A DNA stretch of 64,000 bases from the human T2T-CHM13v2.0 reference genome, Homo sapiens, in NCBI RefSeq assembly GCF_009914755.1, contig NC_060939.1; one strand, written 5' to 3'. The position numbers and the translations under genes were made by a program. The notes beneath the pieces were generated by a model, which saw nothing but the letters and a program-made list of their open reading frames with translations, was not told the DNA's origin and ran no database searches. This document shows positions 1 through 10,500 of the stretch, piece by piece (positions within the stretch are counted from its first letter, which is position 1; each line of letters starts with the position of its first letter).

Positions 1-153
1 TAGGCCTGAAAACGCTCGAAATATCCACTTCCAGATACGACAGAAACAGTGATTCAAACCTGCTCTATGAAAGGGAATGTTCAACTAGGTGACTTGAATG
101 CAAACATCACAAAGCAGTTTCTGAGAATGCTGCTGTCTACTTTCTATTTGTAA

Positions 154-170
154 TCCCGTTTCCAACGAAA
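154..170 (-). promoter_or_regulatory. CENP-B box (in 167-bp monomer); representative of 8 box positions per 15-mer
   Basis: tcccgtttccaacgaaa is the reverse complement of the NTTCGNNNNANNCGGGN core. Box positions in the first HOR: 154, 496, 667, 1009, 1351, 1693, 2031, 2373. Confidence 0.95.
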
Positions 171-324
171 TCCTCAGAACTATCGAAATTTCCAATTGCA
201 GATTCCACAAAAAGCGTGTTTCAAAGCTGCTCTGTAAAAAGAAAGGTTCAACTCTGTTAGTTGAATACACACGTCACAAACAAGTTTCTGAGAATGCTTC
301 TGTCTAGTTTTTATGGGAAGATAT

Positions 325-341
325 TTCCTTTTTCACCGTAG
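325..341 (+). promoter_or_regulatory. pJalpha-type (A-box) site; representative of 7 A-type monomers per 15-mer
   Basis: ttcctttttcaccgtag matches TTCCTTTTYCACCRTAG at the monomer position equivalent to the CENP-B box. A similar match is at 1180-1196. Confidence 0.8.
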
Positions 342-495
342 GCCTCAAAGCGCTCCAAATGTCCACTTCCACATACTACAAAAAGAGTGTTTCAAACCTG
401 CTCTATGATAGGGAATGTTGAAACCTATGAGTTGAATGCAAGCATTACAAAGAGGTTTCTGAGAATGCTTCTGTCTAGATTTTATATGTAGATAT

Positions 496-512
496 TCCCG
501 TTTCCAACGAAA
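496..512 (-). promoter_or_regulatory. CENP-B box (first of two adjacent B monomers)
   Basis: tcccgtttccaacgaaa, all nine core bases intact. Confidence 0.95.
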
Positions 513-666
513 TCCTCAAAGCTATCCAAATATCAACTTGCAGATTCTACAAAAGGAATGTTTCCAAAATGCTGTATCCAAACAAAGGTTCAACTCTGTG
601 AATTGAGGGCATACATCACAAAGAAGATTCTGAGAATGCTTCTGTCTAGATTTTATATGAAAATAT

Positions 667-683
667 TCCCGTTTCCAACGAAA
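667..683 (-). promoter_or_regulatory. CENP-B box (second of two adjacent B monomers)
   Basis: tcccgtttccaacgaaa, 171 bp from the box at 496. Confidence 0.95.
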
Positions 684-1008
684 TCCTCAAAGCTATCCAA
701 ATATCCACTTGCAAATGCCACAAAAAGAGTGTTTCCAAACTGCTCTGTGAAAAGGAAGGTTCAACTCTGTTAGTTGAGTACACACATCACAAAGAGGTTT
801 CTGAGAATGCTGCTGACTAGTTTTTATTTGAAGATATTTCCCTTTTCACCTTAGGCCTAAGAGTGCTCGAAATGTCCATTTCCACATACTCCACAAAGTG
901 TGTTTCAAACGTGCTGTATGAAAGGGAATGTTCAACTCTATGAGTTGAATGCAAACATCACAAAGAAGATTCTGAGAATGCTTTTGTCTAGATTTTATAT
1001 GAAGATAT

Positions 1009-1025
1009 TCCCGTGTCCAACGAAA
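1009..1025 (-). promoter_or_regulatory. CENP-B box, non-core variant
   Basis: tcccgtgtccaacgaaa; the change is at an N position, core intact. Confidence 0.9.
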
Positions 1026-1692
1026 TTTTCAAAGGTCTCCAAATATCCATTTGTAGATTCTACAAAAAGAGTGTTTCCAAACTGCTGTATCAAAACAAAG
1101 GTTGAACTCTGTGAGTTGAGGACACACATCACAAATAAGTTTCTGAGAATGCTTCTGTCTAGTTTTTATTTGAAGATGTTTCCTTTTTCACCATAGGCCT
1201 GAAAGCGCTCGAAATGTCCACTTCCAGATAGTACAGAAAGAGTGTTTCAAACCTGCTCTATGAACGGGAATGTTCAGCTCTGTGAGTTGAATGCAAACAT
1301 CAGAAAGCAGGTTCTGAGAATGCTTCCGTCTAGATTTTAAATGAGGATATTCCCGTTTCCAATGAAATCCTCGAAGCTATCCAAATATCCACTTGCAGAT
1401 TCCACAAAAAGAGTGTTTCAAAACTGCTCTGTCAAAAGATAGGTTCAACTCTGTTAGTTGAGTACACACATGGCAAACAAGATTGCGAGAATGCTTTCGT
1501 CTAGTTTTTTTGGGAAGATATTTCCTTCTTCACCATAGGCCTCAAAACGCTCCAAATATCCATTTCCACATGCTATACAAAGAGTGTCTCAAACCTGCTG
1601 TATGAATGGGAATGTTCAACTCTATGAGTTGAATGCAAACATCACAAAGAAGTTTCTGAGAATGCTGCTGTCTAGATTTTATATGAAGGTTT

Positions 1693-1709
1693 TCCCGCTT
1701 CCAACGAAA
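1693..1709 (-). promoter_or_regulatory. CENP-B box, non-core variant (tetramer copy 1)
   Basis: tcccgcttccaacgaaa; core intact. Confidence 0.9.
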
Positions 1710-2030
1710 TTTTCAATGCTCTCAAAATATCCTCTTGTAGATTCTACAAAAAGAGTGTTTCCAAACTGCTGTATCAAAACAAAGGTTCATCTCTGTTAGT
1801 TGAGGACACACATCACAAATAAGTTTCTGAGAATGCTTCTGTCTAGTTCTTATTTGAAGACATTTCCTTTCTCACCTTAGGCCTGAAAGCGCTCGAAATA
1901 CCCACTTCCAGATACTACAGAAACAGTGATTCAAACCTGCTCTATGAAAGGGAATGTTCAACTAGGTGACTTGAATGCAAACATCACAAAGCAGTTTCTG
2001 AGAATGCTGCTGTCTACTTTCTATTTGTAA

Positions 2031-2047
2031 TCCCGTTTCCAACGAAA
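2031..2047 (-). promoter_or_regulatory. CENP-B box (167-bp monomer, tetramer copy 1)
   Basis: tcccgtttccaacgaaa. Confidence 0.95.
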
Positions 2048-2372
2048 TCCTCAGAACTATCGAAATTTCCAATTGCAGATTCCACAGAAACAGGGTTTCA
2101 AAGCTGCTCTGTAAAAAGAAAGGTTCAACTCTGTTAGTTGAATACACACGTCACAAACAAGTTTCTGAGAATGTTTCTGTCTAGTTTTTATGGGAAGATA
2201 TTTCCTTTTTCACCGTAGGCCTCAAAGCGCTCCAAATGTCCACGTCCACATACTACAAAAAGAGTGTTTCAAACCTGCTGTATGAAAGGGAATGTTCAAC
2301 TCTATGAGTTGAATGCAAACATTACAAAGAAGTTTCTGAGAATGCTTCTGTCTAGATTTTATATGAAGGTTT

Positions 2373-2389
2373 TCCCGTTTCCAACGAAA
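2373..2389 (-). promoter_or_regulatory. CENP-B box (tetramer copy 2)
   Basis: tcccgtttccaacgaaa. Confidence 0.95.
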
Positions 2390-5300
2390 TTTTCAATGCT
2401 CTGAAAATATCCACTTGTAGATTCTACAAAAAGAGTGTTTCCAAACTGCTGTGTCAAAAGAAAGGTTCAACTCTGTTAGTTGAGGACACACATCACAAAT
2501 AAGTTTCTGAGAATGCTTCTGTCTAGTTCTTATTTGAAGACATTTCCTTTCTCACCTTAGGCCTGAAAACGCTCGAAATATCCACTTCCAGATACGACAG
2601 AAACAGTGATTCAAACCTGCTCTATGAAAGGGAATGTTCAACTAGGTGACTTGAATGCAAACATCACAAAGCAGTTTCTGAGAATGCTGCTGTCTACTTT
2701 CTATTTGTAATCCCTTTTCCAACGAAATCCTCAGAACTATCGAAATTTCCAATTGCAGATTCCACAAAAAGCGTGTTTCAAAGCTGCTCTGTAAAAAGAA
2801 AGGTTCAACTCTGTTAGTTGAATACACACGTCACAAACAAGTTTCTGAGAATGCTTCTGTCTAGTTTTTATGGGAAGATATTTCCTTTTTCACCGTAGGC
2901 CTCAAAGCGCTCCAAATGTCCACTTCCACATACTACAAAAAGAGTGTTTCAAACCTGCTCTATGATAGGGAATGTTGAAACCTATGAGTTGAATGCAAGC
3001 ATTACAAAGAGGTTTCTGAGAATGCTTCTGTCTAGATTTTATATGTAGATATTCCCGTTTCCAACGAAATCCTCAAAGCTATCCAAATATCAACTTGCAG
3101 ATTCTACAAAAGGAATGTTTCCAAAATGCTGTATCCAAACAAAGGTTCAACTCTGTGAATTGAGGGCATACATCACAAAGAAGATTCTGAGAATGCTTCT
3201 GTCTAGATTTTATATGAAAATATTCCCGTTTCCAACGAAATCCTCAAAGCTATCCAAATATCCACTTGCAAATGCCACAAAAAGAGTGTTTCCAAACTGC
3301 TCTGTGAAAAGGAAGGTTCAACTCTGTTAGTTGAGTACACACATCACAAAGAGGTTTCTGAGAATGCTGCTGACTAGTTTTTATTTGAAGATATTTCCCT
3401 TTTCACCTTAGGCCTAAGAGTGCTCGAAATGTCCATTTCCACATACTCCACAAAGTGTGTTTCAAACGTGCTGTATGAAAGGGAATGTTCAACTCTATGA
3501 GTTGAATGCAAACATCACAAAGAAGATTCTGAGAATGCTTTTGTCTAGATTTTATATGAAGATATTCCCGTGTCCAACGAAATTTTCAAAGGTCTCCAAA
3601 TATCCATTTGTAGATTCTACAAAAAGAGTGTTTCCAAACTGCTGTATCAAAACAAAGGTTGAACTCTGTGAGTTGAGGACACACATCACAAATAAGTTTC
3701 TGAGAATGCTTCTGTCTAGTTTTTATTTGAAGATGTTTCCTTTTTCACCATAGGCCTGAAAGCGCTCGAAATGTCCACTTCCAGATAGTACAGAAAGAGT
3801 GTTTCAAACCTGCTCTATGAACGGGAATGTTCAGCTCTGTGAGTTGAATGCAAACATCACAAAGCAGGTTCTGAGAATGCTTCCGTCTAGATTTTAAATG
3901 AGGATATTCCCGTTTCCAACGAAATCCTCGAAGCTATCCAAATATCCACTTGCAGATTCCACAAAAAGAGTGTTTCAAAACTGCTCTGTCAAAAGATAGG
4001 TTCAACTCTGTTAGTTGAGTACACACATGGCAAACAAGATTGCGAGAATGCTTTCGTCTAGTTTTTTTGGGAAGATATTTCCTTCTTCACCATAGGCCTC
4101 AAAGCGCTCCAAATATCCATTTCCACATGCTATACAAAGAGTGTCTCAAACCTGCTGTATGAATGGGAATGTTCAACTCTATGAGTTGAATGCAAACATC
4201 ACAAAGAAGTTTCTGAGAATGCTGCTGTCTAGATTTTATATGAAGGTTTTCCCGCTTCCAACGAAATTTTCAATGCTCTCAAAATATCCTCTTGTAGATT
4301 CTACAAAAAGAGTGTTTCCAAACTGCTGTATCAAAACAAAGGTTCATCTCTGTTAGTTGAGGACACACATCACAAATAAGTTTCTGAGAATGCTTCTGTC
4401 TAGTTCTTATTTGAAGACATTTCCTTTCTCACCTTAGGCCTGAAAGCGCTCGAAATACCCACTTCCAGATACTACAGAAACAGTGATTCAAACCTGCTCT
4501 ATGAAAGGGAATGTTCAACTAGGTGACTTGAATGCAAACATCACAAAGCAGTTTCTGAGAATGCTGCTGTCTACTTTCTATTTGTAATCCCGTTTCCAAC
4601 GAAATCCTCAGAACTATCGAAATTTCCAATTGCAGATTCCACAGAAACAGGGTTTCAAAGCTGCTCTGTAAAAAGAAAGGTTCAACTCTGTTAGTTGAAT
4701 ACACACGTCACAAACAAGTTTCTGAGAATGCTTCTGTCTAGTTTTTATGGGAAGATATTTCCTTTTTCACCGTAGGCCTCAAAGCGCTCCAAATGTCCAC
4801 TTCCACATACTACAAAAAGAGTGTTTCAAACCTGCTGTATGAAAGGGAATGTTCAACTCTATGAGTTGAATGCAAACATTACAAAGAAGTTTCTGAGAAT
4901 GCTTCTGTCTAGATTTTATATGAAGGTTTTCCCGTTTCCAACGAAATTTTCAATGCTCTGAAAATATCCACTTGTAGATTCTACAAAAAGAGTGTTTCCA
5001 AACTGCTGTGTCAAAAGAAAGGTTCAACTCTGTTAGTTGAGGACACACATCACAAATAAGTTTCTGAGAATGCTTCTGTCTAGTTCTTATTTGAAGACAT
5101 TTCCTTTCTCACCTTAGGCCTGAAAACGCTCGAAATATCCACTTCCAGATACGACAGAAACAGTGATTCAAACCTGCTCTATGAAAGGGAATGTTCAACT
5201 AGGTGACTTGAATGCAAACATCACAAAGCAGTTTCTGAGAATGCTGCTGTCTACTTTCTATTTGTAATCCCGTTTCCAACGAAATCCTCAGAACTATCGA

Positions 5301-5671
5301 AATTTCCAATTGCAGATTCCACAAAAAGCGTGTTTCAAAGCTGCTCTGTAAAAAGAAAGGTTCAACTCTGTTAGTTGAATACACACGTCACAAACAAGTT
5401 TCTGAGAATGCTTCTGTCTAGTTTTTATGGGAAGATATTTCCTTTTTCACCGTAGGCCTCAAAGCGCTCCAAATGTCCACTTCCACATACTACAAAAAGA
5501 GTGTTTCAAACCTGCTCTATGATAGGGAATGTTGAAACCTATGAGTTGAATGCAAGCATTACAAAGAGGTTTCTGAGAATGCTTCTGTCTAGATTTTATA
5601 TGTAGATATTCCCGTTTCCAACGAAATCCTCAAAGCTATCCAAATATCAACTTGCAGATTCTACAAAAGGA

Positions 5672-7548
5672 ATGTTTCCAAAATGCTGTATCCAAACAAA
5701 GGTTCAACTCTGTGAATTGAGGGCATACATCACAAAGAAGATTCTGAGAATGCTTCTGTCTAGATTTTATATGAAAATATTCCCGTTTCCAACGAAATCC
5801 TCAAAGCTATCCAAATATCCACTTGCAAATGCCACAAAAAGAGTGTTTCCAAACTGCTCTGTGAAAAGGAAGGTTCAACTCTGTTAGTTGAGTACACACA
5901 TCACAAAGAGGTTTCTGAGAATGCTGCTGACTAGTTTTTATTTGAAGATATTTCCCTTTTCACCTTAGGCCTAAGAGTGCTCGAAATGTCCATTTCCACA
6001 TACTCCACAAAGTGTGTTTCAAACGTGCTGTATGAAAGGGAATGTTCAACTCTATGAGTTGAATGCAAACATCACAAAGAAGATTCTGAGAATGCTTTTG
6101 TCTAGATTTTATATGAAGATATTCCCGTGTCCAACGAAATTTTCAAAGGTCTCCAAATATCCATTTGTAGATTCTACAAAAAGAGTGTTTCCAAACTGCT
6201 GTATCAAAACAAAGGTTGAACTCTGTGAGTTGAGGACACACATCACAAATAAGTTTCTGAGAATGCTTCTGTCTAGTTTTTATTTGAAGATGTTTCCTTT
6301 TTCACCATAGGCCTGAAAGCGCTCGAAATGTCCACTTCCAGATAGTACAGAAAGAGTGTTTCAAACCTGCTCTATGAACGGGAATGTTCAGCTCTGTGAG
6401 TTGAATGCAAACATCACAAAGCAGGTTCTGAGAATGCTTCCGTCTAGATTTTAAATGAGGATATTCCCGTTTCCAACGAAATCCTCGAAGCTATCCAAAT
6501 ATCCACTTGCAGATTCCACAAAAAGAGTGTTTCAAAACTGCTCTGTCAAAAGATAGGTTCAACTCTGTTAGTTGAGTACACACATGGCAAACAAGATTCC
6601 GAGAATGCTTTCGTCTAGTTTTTTTGGGAAGATATTTCCTTCTTCACCATAGGCCTCAAAGCGCTCCAAATATCCATTTCCACATGCTATACAAAGAGTG
6701 TCTCAAACCTGCTGTATGAATGGGAATGTTCAACTCTATGAGTTGAATGCAAACATCACAAAGAAGTTTCTGAGAATGCTGCTGTCTAGATTTTATATGA
6801 AGGTTTTCCCGTTTCCAACGAAATTTTCAATGCTCTCAAAATATCCACTTGTAGATTCTACAAAAAGAGTGTTTCCAAACTGCTGTGTCAAAAGAAAAGT
6901 TCAACTCTGTTAGTTGAGGACACACATCACAAATAAGTTTCTGAGAATGCTTCTGTCTAGTTCTTATTTGAAGACATTTCCTTTCTCACCTTAGGCCTGA
7001 AAACGCTCGAAATATCCACTTCCAGATACGACAGAAACAGTGATTCAAACCTGCTCTATGAAAGGGAATGTTCAACTAGGTGACTTGAATGCAAACATCA
7101 CAAAGCAGTTTCTGAGAATGCTGCTGTCTACTTTCTATTTGTAATCCCGTTTCCAACGAAATCCTCAGAACCATCGAAATTTCCAATTGCAGATTCCACA
7201 GAAACAGGGTTTCAAAGCTGCTCTGTTAAAAGAAAGGTTCAACTCTGTTAGTTGAATACACACGTCACAAACAAGTTTCTGAGAATGCTTCTGTCTAGTT
7301 TTTATGGGAAGATATTTCCTTTTTCACGGTAGGCCTCAAAGCGCTCCAAATGTCCACTTCCACATACTACAAAAAGAGTGTTTCAAACCTGCTCTATGAT
7401 AGGGAATGTTGAAACCTATGAGTTGAATGCAAGCATTACAAAGAGGTTTCTGAGAATGCTTCTGTCTAGATTTTATATGTAGATATTCCCGTTTCCAACG
7501 AAATCCTCAAAGCTATCCAAATATCAACTTGCAGATTCTGCAAAAGGA
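5672..7548 (-). repeat. Single 11-mer HOR structural variant (1877 bp)
   Basis: Marker spacing 5672 to 7549 = 1877 = 11x171 - 4; only one copy of the 680-bp tetramer is present. Confidence 0.97.
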
Positions 7549-10500
7549 ATGTTTCCAAAATGCTGTATCCAAACAAAGGTTCAACTCTGTGAATTGAGGG
7601 CATACATCACAAAGAAGATTCTGAGAATGCTTCTGTCTAGATTTTATATGAAAATATTCCCGTTTCCAACGAAATCCTCAAAGCTATCCAAATATCCACT
7701 TGCAAATGCCACAAAAAGAGTGTTTCCAAACTGCTCTGTGAAAAGGAAGGTTCAACTCTGTTAGTTGAGTACACACATCACAAAGAGGTTTCTGAGAATG
7801 CTGCTGACTAGTTTTTATTTGAAGATATTTCCCTTTTCACCTTAGGCCTAAGAGTGCTCGAAATGTCCATTTCCACATACTCCACAAAGTGTGTTTCAAA
7901 CGTGCTGTATGAAAGGGAATGTTCAACTCTATGAGTTGAATGCAAACATCACAAAGAAGACTCTGAGAATGCTTTTGTCTAGATTTTATATGAAGATATT
8001 CCCGTGTCCAACGAAATTTTCAAAGGTCTCCAAATATCCATTTGTAGATTCTACAAAAAGAGTGTTTCCAAACTGCTGTATCAAAACAAAGGTTGAACTC
8101 TGTGAGTTGAGGACACACATCACAAATAAGTTTCTGAGAATGCTTCTGTCTAGTTTTTATTTGAAGATGTTTCCTTTTTCACCATAGGCCTGAAAGCGCT
8201 CGAAATGTCCACTTCCAGATAGTACAGAAAGAGTGTTTCAAACCTGCTCTATGAACGGGAATGTTCAGCTCTGTGAGTTGAATGCAAACATCACAAAGCA
8301 GGTTCTGAGAATGCTTCCGTCTAGATTTTAAATGAGGATATTCCCGTTTCCAACGAAATCCTCGAAGCTATCCAAATATCCACTTGCAGATTCCACAAAA
8401 AGAGTGTTTCAAAACTGCTCTGTCAAAAGATAGGTTCAACTCTGTTAGTTGAGTACACACATGGCAAACAAGATTCCGAGAATGCTTTCGTCTAGTTTTT
8501 TTGGGAAGATATTTCCTTCTTCACCATAGGCCTCAAAGCGCTCCAAATATCCATTTCCACATGCTATACAAAGAGTGTCTCAAACCTGCTGTATGAATGG
8601 GAATGTTCAACTCTATGAGTTGAATGCAAACATCACAAAGAAGTTTCTGAGAATGCTGCTGTCTAGATTTTATATGAAGGTTTTCCCGCTTCCAACGAAA
8701 TTTTCAATGCTCTCAAAATATCCTCTTGTAGATTCTACAAAAAGAGTGTTTCCAAACTGCTGTATCAAAACAAAGGTTCATCTCTGTTAGTTGAGGACAC
8801 ACATCACAAATAAGTTTCTGAGAATGCTTCTGTCTAGTTCTTATTTGAAGACATTTCCTTTCTCACCTTAGGCCTGAAAACGCTCGAAATATCCACTTCC
8901 AGATACGACAGAAACTGTGATTCAAACCTGCTCTATGAAAGGGAATGTTCAACTAGGTGACTTGAATGCAAACATCACAAAGCAGTTTCTGAGAATGCTG
9001 CTGTCTACTTTGTATTTGTAATCCCGTTTCCAACGAAATCCTCAGAACTATCGAAATTTCCAATTGCAGATTCCACAAAAAGCGTGTTTCAAAGCTGCTC
9101 TGTAAAAAGAAAGGTTCAACTCTGTTAGTTGAATACACACGTCACAAACAAGTTTCTGAGATTGCTTCTGTCTAGTTTTTATGGGAAGATATTTCCTTTT
9201 TCACCGTAGGCCTCAAAGCGCTCCAAATGTCCACTTCCACATACTACAAAAAGAGTGTTTCAAACCTGCTGTATGAAAGGGAATGTTCAACTCTATGAGT
9301 TGAATGCAAACATTACAAAGAAGTTTCTGAGAATGCTTCTGTCTAGATTTTATATGAAGGTTTTCCCGTTTCCAACGAAATTTTCAATGCTCTCAAAATA
9401 TCCACTTGTAGATTCTACAAAAAGAGTGTTTCCAAACTGCTGTGTCAAAAGAAAGGTTCAATTCTGTTAGTTGAGGACACACATCACAAATAAGTTTCTG
9501 AGAATGCTTCTGTCTAGTTCTTATTTGAAGACATTTCCTTTCTCACCTTAGGCCTGAAAACGCTCGAAATATCCACTTCCAGATACGACAGAAACAGTGA
9601 TTCAAACCTGCTTTATGAAAGGGAATGTTCAACTAGGTGACTTGAATGCAAACATCAGAAAGCAGTTTCTGAGAATGCTGCTGTCTACTTTCTATTTGTA
9701 ATCCCGTTTCCAACGAAATCCTCAGAACTATCGAAATTTCCAATTGCAGATTCCACAAAAAGCGTGTTTCAAAGCTGCTCTGTAAAAAGAAAGGTTCAAC
9801 TCTGTTAGTTGAATACACACGTCACAAACAAGTTTCTGAGAATGCTTCTGTCTAGTTTTTATGGGAAGATATTTCCTTTTTCACCGTAGGCCTCAAAGCC
9901 CTCCAAATGTCCACTTCCACATACTACAAAAAGAGTGTTTCAAACCTGCTCTATGATAGGGAATGTTGAAACCTATGAGTTGAATGCAAGCATTACAAAG
10001 AGGTTTCTGAGAATGCTTCTGTCTAGATTTTATATGTAGATATTCCCGTTTCCAACGAAATCCTCAAAGCTATCCAAATATCAACTTGCAGATTCTGCAA
10101 AAGGAATGTTTCCAAAATGCTGTATCCAAACAAAGGTTCAACTCTGTGAATTGAGGGCATACATCACAAAGAAGATTCTGAGAATGCTTCTGTCTAGATT
10201 TTATATGAAAATATTCCCGTTTCCAACGAAATCCTCAAAGCTATCCAAATATCCACTTGCAAATGCCACAAAAAGAGTGTTTCCAAACTGCTCTGTGAAA
10301 AGGAAGGTTCAACTCTGTTAGTTGAGTACACACATCACAAAGAGGTTTCTGAGAATGCTGCTGACTAGTTTTTATTTGAAGATATTTCCCTTTTCACCTT
10401 AGGCCTAAGAGTGCTCGAAATGTCCATTTCCACATACTCCACAAAGTGTGTTTCAAACGTGCTGTATGAAAGGGAATGTTCAACTCTATGAGTTGAATGC

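Larger units (their letters stand above)
1584..2943 (-). repeat. Internal tandem duplication of a 680-bp tetramer within the 15-mer (representative copy)
   Basis: 1584-2263 and 2264-2943 align with roughly 16 fixed diagnostic differences (counted by eye). Both carry the same 4-bp-deleted monomer ('tctactttctatttgtaatcccg'). Confidence 0.93.
558..5671 (-). repeat. Two 15-mer HOR copies (2557 bp each; phase set arbitrarily at the once-per-HOR marker 'atgtttccaaaatgctgtatcc')
   Basis: Marker at 558, 3115, 5672; 2557 = 15x171 - 8 (two 167-bp monomers). Confidence 0.97.

Noticed and set aside
181-200. Short palindromes and dyads (gaaatttc, caattg; also aggcct, agcgct, tctaga, gtttcaaac)
   Set aside because: Only 6-9 bp, common in alpha satellite, with no evidence here for stable hairpins or function.
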